Virus record (IMG/VR): IMGVR_UViG_3300020180_000013
Span: 32,196 to 96,195 of that record
Direction: 5' to 3' (one strand)
DNA from: a virus
DNA length: 64,000 nt
Both the position numbers and the translations under genes were made by a program. The notes beneath the pieces were generated by a model that made no database searches, had not been told where the DNA came from, and was given only the letters and a program-made list of their open reading frames with translations. This document shows positions 20,072-29,132 of this stretch, one piece after another (the stretch's first letter is position 1; each line of letters starts with the position of its first letter).

Positions 20072-23000
20072 CGTTTAGATTCTAGTAATTTGGTTATTGC
20101 AATTTTTACAATCATTTTTACGTCACCTGATATTTTCCTTTGTAGGGACACGTAATTCAAATAGTGACGGAATTTTTTTCTTTCAAATGAATTCTTTTGA
20201 TAATTAAGATTTAAAGGATTTAAGGTTCTTGTATATCCATTAGCATCATTAAGCCAGATTACTCTTTGGGCAGCTGAAAATTCTCCTCTATCATCTGTAA
20301 TATCCCAGAAAGTATTAAATCTATATTTCTGTTCTACTTTACTATATAGTATATCAATATCTGTAGGATTAATTATAGGATAAAGTAGTCCCTTTATTGG
20401 ATTGTTCTTTGGAGTAAGATTTAATTTTAATACTCCAGAGGTCTGCTCTGTGTTAGATATAATAGCCTGGTCAAAGTTAAAATCTAGTAATTGATATTTA
20501 TTGATTCCCGATAGATCATATTTATAACACTCCAGATAATACTCTAATGATCTTACTGTATTTACTATAGTCCCGGTAGAAGTTACATACTCTAATTCAA
20601 AAGGATAATCTGTACCATAATAATTGCAGAAGCTATCTGTTCTATTATTGTGTCTCCATACCTCACCTTTCTTGGTGATAGGATTAGTAATAATAGACAT
20701 AAAGTTATTCTTGCTTGGAATATATAGTTCCGGGTGCCAATCATGATGAGATACCCAACCACCATCTCCATTATTTGCTTTAGGACTGTAACTTACTGTC
20801 CAGGAAGCATCTTCAAAATATTGAGTATCTGTTAACTGAATTGGTGTGAATACTATATCCTGAGTATCATTTCCACTAATTAGTACTAAAGAACTACTTA
20901 CTTCATTATAAATGATCTGTCCTTTATATTGATCTCTAACTTTATAATCCTTCTTGCAGAAGTATATAGTCTCTAGTTGATTATCATAAATAGATTGACA
21001 TCCTATACCAATAACTGGGTTATCGGTGTGTGGATAATTAGGAATATCCTGAGTTAAGAAATAAGGTAAATACTTTTTAAACCAGAACTTTAATCCTGAA
21101 AATGTTATATCTTTTAATCCCTGAGTTAACCTGAATACTTTACCTTGGTTCTCACTAATATAATATAATCCAAATGGTGTATTTAATATACTAAGTCTAT
21201 TTTGACATGATCCATACTCCAAGGAGTCATCTGCATTACTAACTGATTGTAATGGCTGGGAAAATAATCCTCCATCCCCAATTGTTATCTTGGTTCCTAA
21301 TGAAGTTTGAAGAGTATCTACTCCTTGAAACTCTATAGGAGAAGCTGTGTCAAAAAGAATAAGGGCCCCAGATTTATTTATGGGTTTAATAGCTGTGATC
21401 TTGCTTTTGAAATCTTTATAATTATTAGCTAGGAATACTCTCCAGTAATCTTTCTTGTTCTCTAGATTCTGAGGTAGTGAATATATAGCCCTAAATGGAA
21501 AATAAGAAAAACACTTTTCTGCTATGATAGGATCATAATCTCTTGGTTGTTGATTACCCCATGAAATAAAGTTTATAAATAATCTGGATATAGATAGAGA
21601 TATATCATACTTGAAGAAGTTCCCGGCCTTAATAATCTTTGGAGCAAATAAAGCTGCAGTATCAGTATATCTATATGGATCATAATGTCTTTCTGAATCT
21701 TCATTACCCCAGTCTCTGAGTTCTGTATTAATCTCTGATTCTACAAAGAAGTCTCTTACTCCTGATTGAAATAAATAAAAATATGCATCTTTTAATCCAA
21801 ATCTTAATGCTCCAAAAATATTACTTAATACAGAACTTCCATTACTGATTCTATCTAGATTAGCCCTACCTGAAGGAAGACCTTCAGTTAAAGAATTTAT
21901 ACTTAAAAAACCTGGACCAGGAGTAATAAAATTTAAAAATCCTGTAAGAAATTCTCCTGTTTCATACTTGGTGAAATCAGCCCAGTATCTAGGAAAGTTA
22001 ACCATGTATTTTAATCTATAATTAAACTCTGTTCCATCTGGTTGACCTAATAACCAATCATAGAAATAGAAAAAGGTATTCTTCTCTGTATATCTGGTGA
22101 TATAAGTATCTCCTCCAAAGATCGGAGGAGTGGCTTGATCAGTTAATAATTGTTCTTCTGTAACCGGATCTATAGAGTCAAATACACAAGTAATAGGAAT
22201 CTCCTGGATAGAAGTCATCTGTCCATATTGATTCTCTATTCTTACTTTCAGAGCTGCATAATAGGTTGTAGTTACTGTGGTAAATTCTTTATCTGGATCT
22301 TTTAAAGTTATTGCACCAGTACCTAGTAGTGCTGCAGTGCTTATACTCTGTACTGTATTATCAGATCCTAGAGGATATGAGATAGCCTTTGTAGGATCAA
22401 TCTCAATAGCTACTGCTCTTCCTCTATAAAGATTATTTATTCTATAATTACTCCCAAAATCTTGAAACTGATTATCAAGATAATTAGCTGATGTAATTAA
22501 TCTCCTTGTGTTTCCAGGTACTGCATTTCCTGCAGAGAAGTTGTCATAAAATCCATGAGATCTATATCTATATGCATATTGTCTATATGGAACTAATGAT
22601 TCTATTAATCTTAAAGCAGTGTCTGTACCTAATGTCCAATAGTATCCAAGAGTTACTAAACCGGTTAATGCTTTAGTAATAGGTCCTAAATAATCAGATG
22701 TGGCTAATTCCACACTCTCTGTGGTAGTTCCTGCAGTTAATCCTGGAAGAGCTCCTGCAGTATATCCGGCTGCTATTAAAGCTGTATCAGTATTAGGTAG
22801 CCCTACTGCATCTGCAAGTACATTAAGTAATGTCATTGATGTAGGAGTAATAACTAACTGAGTAAGACTTGAATAAGCACCTAAAGCTATAGGTGCAGTT
22901 ATTAATCCTGGATCAAATCCTCCTATTACAGGAGCTATGAAACTAGTAGTAGAAGATTGAGGAGCCTGGTAAGTACGTGTTCTTTGTCCTCTGACAGCAA

Positions 23001-25110
23001 GTGCTGCAGAAGCCAAGCCTAATATAGCAGCAAGTAGAAAGGATAAGTCTCCTAAAAGTTTTTCTTTAGGATGCTCTGGTACTTCTTCAAAGTTTCCTAA
23101 TACTATTCCATTAATTTCTCCATAGAGTTTTATTTCTTTTGCTGAAAGAAATGGATTTTTAAACTGAGTGTCCGGAGAATGGAATGTATAAGCTGATCTA
23201 CTTGCATTACCAAAGTATAATAGAGGAGTTTTTAATGCTCCTAATCCTCCGTTATCAGATTGATCTTGTGGAGATAGAGTAGGATCTGGATTACTTACAG
23301 TTGCATTTATTGGATTATAAGGATAATTAGGATATAATCCTTGTTTTGTAGAAGGAGATAAAGAGTATGTTTTCATATTATTGATCATACCCTTTGCAAT
23401 AATAGTCTTATTTCCCTCTCTGGATCCTCTTAATATTTCATAACCTACTATCCCGGGAATAAGATTTCCATGATTATCTCTAGGTGCTCTGATCTTATCA
23501 AACTGTACTCCTAGAACTCTAATCTCAATATTACCAGTTGCATCTTTCTTAAAGTGTTCTGTTACATTAGGTACTGATAAATTATCAGGCATCTTGTGAT
23601 GTCTAATAGGTTTACCACAAAGATTTACCGGCATGTCTCCAGGAAGTAAACTCCATGATATTCCACTTGAATCAACATGGCTTGTATCTGGGCCTGCAGG
23701 AGGATTACTCTGATTCCAGATATCTGGTTTATTATCCGGATATATTTCAGTTGACTCCCAATAACTCATAAGACCTTCTCCTATAATAACTCCTCCATCT
23801 GGTAGTATTATATTGGGGATTGTATTACCTGTTGCTGTATTATATATTTTCCATCTTACATCTTCATCAGGAAATAGTTTATCATTACCTGCAGTAGCTG
23901 GTAGTAAATCAGTAGCTGTAGCTTCTCTACCAGGTATATGATAAGAAGAAGACTTGTCCCCTGTATTATACACCCATCTTATGAAGAACGGATATACTTC
24001 ATCTCTTAAATAAGAAGTAACATTACCACCTTTTCTATAGTAGTCTGCAGGATATTTTACAGAAATCCATTTAGTTGTAATCCTATTGGCTAGTGGCTGA
24101 TAGTTAAAATCAAACTTTGTGGTGGGGGCTACCCTAAGCATATAAGTCCCTGTTTCAAATACTGCTTCTGATTTATCATAAACAGGAGATCTGAAAGGAA
24201 TTAGTTCAATAGGAATGCTGGGAAGACTTTCTGCTATCTGATCTAGAAATATCTGATTTGTTCTAGTAGAATATATTCCTATTCTTTTAGCTGATGTCTG
24301 TTGATTTATAGTTCTTACTACTACTAATTCAAACTCATCAAAATGTTCTGTATCAATTGAGTTAATAGTAATGTTAAGTGAACCTGATAAATTCTCATGT
24401 TCAAAAATAGATTGAATATTAGATGGAGTAGAATAGTCAGTTACTCTCTGATCATTGATAGTATATCCTATTACTACAAAGTAGGATCCATTAGGAAGAT
24501 TTCCTCCATTATGTCCTCTTGTAATACTTATACAAGGATTCTTTACAAATCTTGCTAATCTTAATTCTTCACAATCTAGATCAGTAGTAGGAGTACAGGT
24601 AATGCAATTATTAATAGTATTACAATTTTCAAGAAATGCCGGACTATTTATGTTAATAGTTCTTGTAGGAGCATTTCCATCATCCCAATAAGTCTGATAA
24701 CTACAATCAAAGTTTTGTTTGGATACTCCTTTAATAAGATATTTTCTATTGAATCCTAAACAGTTGGATGGATTCATTACTTGTCCAAGTGAGTTCTTAA
24801 TAGGTGTATAACTACACTCACTATCATCAAATATTCCTATCTCTGAGTTAGTATCATCAGTTAGATACACTGCCCAGACATCACCATATAGATGAATAGT
24901 TCCTATACAAGGATAAGGGAAAGTAACACATAATAAATTAGAAGGTTCATTAGATCTGGTATTAAGATCTCCTGTAACTGTGTACTCAGTTGCATTCCTA
25001 GCTCTTGTGTATGCTCCCTCTGGAATAGAGGACTCATTCACATCCATTATCAACCCTCTATTGAAAGATGCTCCTTTTTGACTACTTGTATTCTGAGGAT
25101 CCTGAGCCAT
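20068..25110 (-). CDS. Tail muzzle / stabilization protein (P22 gp10-like, crAss-type)
   Basis: 1680 aa, beta-rich; starts ...FNRGLIMD...; WTVSYSP...WVSHHDWHP near the C-terminus; follows two ring-protein genes. Confidence 0.75.
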   Translation of the reverse strand: MAQDPQNTSSQKGASFNRGLIMDVNESSIPEGAYTRARNATEYTVTGDLNTRSNEPSNLLCVTFPYPCIGTIHLYGDVWAVYLTDDTNSEIGIFDDSECSYTPIKNSLGQVMNPSNCLGFNRKYLIKGVSKQNFDCSYQTYWDDGNAPTRTININSPAFLENCNTINNCITCTPTTDLDCEELRLARFVKNPCISITRGHNGGNLPNGSYFVVIGYTINDQRVTDYSTPSNIQSIFEHENLSGSLNITINSIDTEHFDEFELVVVRTINQQTSAKRIGIYSTRTNQIFLDQIAESLPSIPIELIPFRSPVYDKSEAVFETGTYMLRVAPTTKFDFNYQPLANRITTKWISVKYPADYYRKGGNVTSYLRDEVYPFFIRWVYNTGDKSSSYHIPGREATATDLLPATAGNDKLFPDEDVRWKIYNTATGNTIPNIILPDGGVIIGEGLMSYWESTEIYPDNKPDIWNQSNPPAGPDTSHVDSSGISWSLLPGDMPVNLCGKPIRHHKMPDNLSVPNVTEHFKKDATGNIEIRVLGVQFDKIRAPRDNHGNLIPGIVGYEILRGSREGNKTIIAKGMINNMKTYSLSPSTKQGLYPNYPYNPINATVSNPDPTLSPQDQSDNGGLGALKTPLLYFGNASRSAYTFHSPDTQFKNPFLSAKEIKLYGEINGIVLGNFEEVPEHPKEKLLGDLSFLLAAILGLASAALAVRGQRTRTYQAPQSSTTSFIAPVIGGFDPGLITAPIALGAYSSLTQLVITPTSMTLLNVLADAVGLPNTDTALIAAGYTAGALPGLTAGTTTESVELATSDYLGPITKALTGLVTLGYYWTLGTDTALRLIESLVPYRQYAYRYRSHGFYDNFSAGNAVPGNTRRLITSANYLDNQFQDFGSNYRINNLYRGRAVAIEIDPTKAISYPLGSDNTVQSISTAALLGTGAITLKDPDKEFTTVTTTYYAALKVRIENQYGQMTSIQEIPITCVFDSIDPVTEEQLLTDQATPPIFGGDTYITRYTEKNTFFYFYDWLLGQPDGTEFNYRLKYMVNFPRYWADFTKYETGEFLTGFLNFITPGPGFLSINSLTEGLPSGRANLDRISNGSSVLSNIFGALRFGLKDAYFYLFQSGVRDFFVESEINTELRDWGNEDSERHYDPYRYTDTAALFAPKIIKAGNFFKYDISLSISRLFINFISWGNQQPRDYDPIIAEKCFSYFPFRAIYSLPQNLENKKDYWRVFLANNYKDFKSKITAIKPINKSGALILFDTASPIEFQGVDTLQTSLGTKITIGDGGLFSQPLQSVSNADDSLEYGSCQNRLSILNTPFGLYYISENQGKVFRLTQGLKDITFSGLKFWFKKYLPYFLTQDIPNYPHTDNPVIGIGCQSIYDNQLETIYFCKKDYKVRDQYKGQIIYNEVSSSLVLISGNDTQDIVFTPIQLTDTQYFEDASWTVSYSPKANNGDGGWVSHHDWHPELYIPSKNNFMSIITNPITKKGEVWRHNNRTDSFCNYYGTDYPFELEYVTSTGTIVNTVRSLEYYLECYKYDLSGINKYQLLDFNFDQAIISNTEQTSGVLKLNLTPKNNPIKGLLYPIINPTDIDILYSKVEQKYRFNTFWDITDDRGEFSAAQRVIWLNDANGYTRTLNPLNLNYQKNSFERKKFRHYLNYVSLQRKISGDVKMIVKIAITKLLESKR

Positions 25111-25112
25111 AC

Positions 25113-26138
25113 TTATACTGCATTATTATGTAAAAATCTTGGACTTGAACCTGGTGAATAACTAGAAAACATATCATAGTATTTAGAGTACATAGCTTTT
25201 CTATTGGTTTCCCACATCTTAGCCATTTCAGAGAAGTTAGGAGTATTGACAACTGTGAGAGCATTATTTCTTGCTCCTCTAAGTTTTTGTTGAACTAGTC
25301 CTAATGCCTTTTCTACAGACTCATCTTCCATTAATAGATTTTCTAGTATCCTTTCTTTCAGAGCATATTCATAATATTCATTCATATATGGATGATCCGG
25401 AACTAATATATTACCTGATTCATCTTCTAGTGCTCCTTCATAGTTGATATATACTTTTCCACACATCTCATTTCTAGTAGAGTGACTATTAGAATGATTT
25501 AGATTATGATTTAGGCCATCATTAAACCATATGAATCCATTTTTTATAAATGCTTCATCTCTACACATCCAGTTAAGATTAGGACACTCACAATTTATAT
25601 CATGTGAATTCTTAAATCTTATTGGATACATCATATTATAGCTCCTTGAAATAGTATTTATTACTTGAACTAATTGAAAGCCGGTAGTATTTTTACCACA
25701 GCTATCTGTACATCTTGTAAGACAAATAGGAATGGTGGTATTAGGAGTTAATGTTGGTGTACATGCATCAATAACTACATCAGTACATGGATTAGGTTCT
25801 ATTGGATCTTGGTAAGTGGGAATAATATTTTTAATAGGAACTTCTTGTATGTTAGTTCCCTGGCCTGGTATAAAAGTCTCTGTAAAACTACCACATAATA
25901 GAGCAAAGTTCATGACCCTGAAATCCTCTGGAAGTCTTGCTTTTCCATTTACTATATCAAGAACTGTGTTCTTAACCATGTTAATCCTAAGACCAAGATC
26001 ATAGTTACATCTAAGAGCAACTTTAATCAACTGCTGAGGTTCTATTTTTCCTTCTAGAGAATATGTTTTCATATCAACTCTAACACTCTCAAAGAGAGAA
26101 TCAAATGTCTGATACTTTAATGTGTAGTTGAAGTTCAT
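25113..26138 (-). CDS. Tail ring (tubular) protein with Cys/Pro-rich insertion
   Basis: 341 aa; synteny before the muzzle; ARLPEDF...YINY...DESGNILVPD pattern. Confidence 0.6.
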   Translation of the reverse strand: MNFNYTLKYQTFDSLFESVRVDMKTYSLEGKIEPQQLIKVALRCNYDLGLRINMVKNTVLDIVNGKARLPEDFRVMNFALLCGSFTETFIPGQGTNIQEVPIKNIIPTYQDPIEPNPCTDVVIDACTPTLTPNTTIPICLTRCTDSCGKNTTGFQLVQVINTISRSYNMMYPIRFKNSHDINCECPNLNWMCRDEAFIKNGFIWFNDGLNHNLNHSNSHSTRNEMCGKVYINYEGALEDESGNILVPDHPYMNEYYEYALKERILENLLMEDESVEKALGLVQQKLRGARNNALTVVNTPNFSEMAKMWETNRKAMYSKYYDMFSSYSPGSSPRFLHNNAV

Positions 26139-26142
26139 AGTC

Positions 26143-26832
26143 TTATGTTCTTATAGTACCTTGTTTATCATCTGTATTAGGTTCAGAAGGTATTTGCATT
26201 ACTCCAAATAGATCTTTTATTACAGCCTGCTCTATTTCTGCAAAGAGGAAATCCGGAATTGGAGTGACCTGATCTTGTCTTTGAGTACATGCTGAATCTC
26301 CTGATCCATCAGCACATGTGAAAGTTACTAGATCATTTTCAAATATACCATCTACCATTACCGACTCCCAGTCTAAATTTGGAAAATATAAATACTCATT
26401 TATATACCAATAGTATTGTCTCTTGTTATACTTAAAGGTCGATGTCTTAGTCATTGAAGTATAAGTAGAAGGAGCTGTAGGAAATACTTCTTCCGATCCA
26501 TCTATAGAACTGATTGTTCTAAATAGTGGCCCAAATCTAGCTTCCATTATTCCTGGAACTTTCTCTTTACTTCTCTTAAATAAACAATCAGATGTCACTC
26601 CTCCACAACAAGCTTCTATTCTATCTATTTCTATTAATTCCATACATGGAATAGTCCTGAATAGAGTACTGAATTTTATGAGTTGGTTCCTGCCTTCTTC
26701 TCTTTTAATATATAATTTAGCCCATTTAATTATAAGACTATATATAAATCTATCTGTAAGAAAGGAATCTTCTTTTACAGCCTTAACTGAGTTTCTTACC
26801 CGGGATGTAGTAGCTCCTATTGTTGTTGCCAT
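26143..26832 (-). CDS. Tail ring (tubular) protein
   Basis: 229 aa; synteny; YYWYINEYLYFPN...FEN pattern typical of crAss-like ring proteins. Confidence 0.6.
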   Translation of the reverse strand: MATTIGATTSRVRNSVKAVKEDSFLTDRFIYSLIIKWAKLYIKREEGRNQLIKFSTLFRTIPCMELIEIDRIEACCGGVTSDCLFKRSKEKVPGIMEARFGPLFRTISSIDGSEEVFPTAPSTYTSMTKTSTFKYNKRQYYWYINEYLYFPNLDWESVMVDGIFENDLVTFTCADGSGDSACTQRQDQVTPIPDFLFAEIEQAVIKDLFGVMQIPSEPNTDDKQGTIRT

Positions 26833-27423
26833 TTAATCAAAATTAAATTCATCATAATTAGTAAGATCAATTTCCTTAACTGGAATTACAAAATCTATAT
26901 AAGGCTTGTTAGAAAAAAGTCTGGATGCTTTAACTCCACTTGCAAGATGAACAAATTTCTTGTAGTCTTTTCTAAACTCTTTTGAGCCTGCTCTCTTGAA
27001 CTGTCTTACTGCAAAGAAGGACCAGAGTTCTCTATTTCTAAATTTGTATTTGGTTCCATAATTAGTATATATAATTTTTGCTAAATGATTATCACACTCC
27101 CAGTTCTTATGAAGAACTTTATGGCCGGCTTCTTCTGATCTTTTATAATCAATAACTTCTCTCTTGCTTGGATTACATCCTACTATAATAATATTTCCTA
27201 ATCCTTCTCTTAATTTTACTCCATCTCTTAGTTCAACTATACTTTTCCAAATATTTTCATTATCCTTTTTTATAACTTTATTAAATATTTTATAATCTAC
27301 ATCTATATACTGAGGATACTTTTCAGTAAATTGTTTAAATAACTCTTTAGATAATGAGTAGATATGTTTGTCTCTGAATCTGGGACCTTTAATATTTGGT
27401 TTTTTAACTACTGTAGAAGTCAT
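26833..27423 (-). CDS. Basic hypothetical protein, possibly divergent HU/IHF-like fold
   Basis: 196 aa, Lys-rich; helix then GVKLREGLGNIIIV hairpin reminiscent of HU/IHF. Confidence 0.4.
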   Translation of the reverse strand: MTSTVVKKPNIKGPRFRDKHIYSLSKELFKQFTEKYPQYIDVDYKIFNKVIKKDNENIWKSIVELRDGVKLREGLGNIIIVGCNPSKREVIDYKRSEEAGHKVLHKNWECDNHLAKIIYTNYGTKYKFRNRELWSFFAVRQFKRAGSKEFRKDYKKFVHLASGVKASRLFSNKPYIDFVIPVKEIDLTNYDEFNFD

Positions 27424-27488
27424 GGATAGTTATAATTTACGAAAATTATCTGATATTAAAAAGTTTTACTAAGTTAATAAATAATATG

Positions 27489-27525
27489 AAAGAGAAAACC
27501 CCGATTTTCACCGGGGTCTCTCTTT
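27489..27525 (-). terminator. Intrinsic terminator
   Basis: Minus strand ACCCCG-GTGAAAAT-CGGGGT stem-loop followed by TTTCTCTTT, downstream of the fibre block. Confidence 0.75.
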
Positions 27526-27562
27526 GAAAAAGCTACTGACTAAACCAACAAGTAGCAACTTT

Positions 27563-28087
27563 TTAAGCCAATGTCTCAACTAATAATGTCACTGAATAAC
27601 AATTACCTACAGTACATGTAGCATTAACTCTTATATGATATTCTTCATTTGGTATAAGTCCGGTAATAGTATCTGTGGTAGCTGTTGGACCAAGTAAAGG
27701 TCTTAATATCCATACACCACTAGATGCTAGTTTGTACTCAACTTGATAGGTTAATACATCTGTTACTAAAGCCCACCCTGGAGTAATGCTAGTATTTGTG
27801 ATAGATATAATAGAAAGGGTATTCACAGAAGCACATGTTCCACCTGTAACACATCCCGGGTTAGTAGCCAATAGTATAAGTTTTTGAATAATAGAATTGA
27901 GTCTGTCTCCGGTATTAATAGGAACATCTACAATACTAGGGCCTGAGTATATGACACAATTAGCATCAAAGAATTCAGAACAAGGTTCAGGATTAGGACA
28001 GCTTGCATCTCCTGGACAAGGAAATGTAGGAACTGTAGTAAAAGCCTGATCTTTACAGCCACATGGGGCTTTATGTCCACAATTCAT
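27563..28087 (-). CDS. Cys-rich structural protein with C-terminal fibronectin type III domain
   Basis: FN3 pattern ITNTSITPGW...YQVEYK...W...TITGLIPNEEYHIRVNA; N-terminus CVIYSGP is paralogous to 30514-32079. Confidence 0.7.
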   Translation of the reverse strand: MNCGHKAPCGCKDQAFTTVPTFPCPGDASCPNPEPCSEFFDANCVIYSGPSIVDVPINTGDRLNSIIQKLILLATNPGCVTGGTCASVNTLSIISITNTSITPGWALVTDVLTYQVEYKLASSGVWILRPLLGPTATTDTITGLIPNEEYHIRVNATCTVGNCYSVTLLVETLA

Positions 28088-28114
28088 AGTTATATATTTT
28101 AATATTAATTTTTA

Positions 28115-28315
28115 TTATATAGATATGTCTTTTGTATACAAAGTTTCTATATCTACATTGACAATTATTCCAGTTAATACATCTAATAAAGCTAATTCAT
28201 TTTCTACTCCCTCAATTGATGTTGCAAAATATGGAGTATCATAGTCTACTAATTCCTCGTTTTGTTTCTTCCATATTTTATCAAGAATATCCTGATTTTG
28301 TTTAGTATAAGTCAT
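28115..28315 (-). CDS. Small acidic hypothetical protein, possible -1 frameshift extension of the upstream ORF
   Basis: 66 aa; its frame is open back through the T TTA AAT heptamer of the upstream ORF. Confidence 0.5.
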   Translation of the reverse strand: MTYTKQNQDILDKIWKKQNEELVDYDTPYFATSIEGVENELALLDVLTGIIVNVDIETLYTKDISI

Positions 28316-28329
28316 TACTCCTTTATCTG

Positions 28330-28518
28330 TTAATTTAAAGAAACTCTTGCTACTGCATCAGTAAAAACTTTATTACCTGGAGTTGATACAAAATTTGCTA
28401 TATCCTGTAAAGTAGATCGTTTAGCTGTAGTTGTCCCAAAAGGGACTATAGGAAAAATATCTCCTCCTGAAAGAGGAGGAGCTGGATCAAATTGATCTAC
28501 TCTTTTATTTATTGCCAT
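28330..28518 (-). CDS. Short protein consisting mainly of the shared KRVDQF anchor domain
   Basis: MAINKRVDQF...DIFPIV...STLQDI is paralogous to the N-termini of the two upstream genes. Confidence 0.7.
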   Translation of the reverse strand: MAINKRVDQFDPAPPLSGGDIFPIVPFGTTTAKRSTLQDIANFVSTPGNKVFTDAVARVSLN

Positions 28519-28520
28519 GA

Positions 28521-29063
28521 TTATACAGGAATTATTTTATATTTTAAATAAATTAATATATCACTATTTCCTGCTGTAGGATTTCCAGTAAAGACATATG
28601 CTTGAACTTTTTTATTTTCTTCAAGCTGTGCTGGATTAGAATGAGCTGCAGCCATACTAACACCAAAAGATGGTATCCAGATACAAGTTCCTGCATTTGC
28701 TAATCTCTCAGTAAATCCATTTATTACAGTTAAACTAGTATCATATACTAATCCTAAAGTTGTATTTGTTGCGTATGGAGTTCCTCCATAAGTTCTTATC
28801 TTAAAGATAGCTACTGTAACTAAATTAGCAAAACCAATTCCAGGACTTGGAATTAAGTCTATAGGAGTTGAATTTAAAGTAAGAACATCTGCAGAAAGGA
28901 TAGTAGTCTCTACTGTAAACTCATCATTTACTGCATCTTTGATGTCTTGTAAAGTAGTTTGTAAAGCAGCAGTTCCAGCTCCTTGAACTATAGGAAGAAT
29001 ATCTGTTAGAGCAAGTGGTGTGGTTGCTAATCCAAATTGGTCTACTCTTTTGTCTACTGCCAT
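28521..29063 (-). CDS. Putative fibre-tip/receptor-binding protein (anchor + small beta domain)
   Basis: 180 aa; first ~43 aa nearly identical to those of 29129-30493. Confidence 0.6.
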   Translation of the reverse strand: MAVDKRVDQFGLATTPLALTDILPIVQGAGTAALQTTLQDIKDAVNDEFTVETTILSADVLTLNSTPIDLIPSPGIGFANLVTVAIFKIRTYGGTPYATNTTLGLVYDTSLTVINGFTERLANAGTCIWIPSFGVSMAAAHSNPAQLEENKKVQAYVFTGNPTAGNSDILIYLKYKIIPV

Positions 29064-29132
29064 GATTGATTTAGTTTTATAATTATGATTGATTTAGTTT
29101 TATAATTATGATTGATTTAGTTTTATAATTAT
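29062..29132. repeat. Perfect tandem repeat, 3 x 23 bp (ATGATTGATTTAGTTTTATAATT)
   Basis: Copies at 29062, 29085 and 29108, read directly from the sequence. Confidence 0.97.

Noticed and set aside
8971-25264. Nested minus-strand ORFs 8971-9243, 18479-18700 and 25082-25264
   Set aside because: Short alternative-frame ORFs inside well-supported genes, with no independent signals.
29062-29132. CRISPR array
   Set aside because: The repeats are directly adjacent with no spacers, and there are no cas genes.
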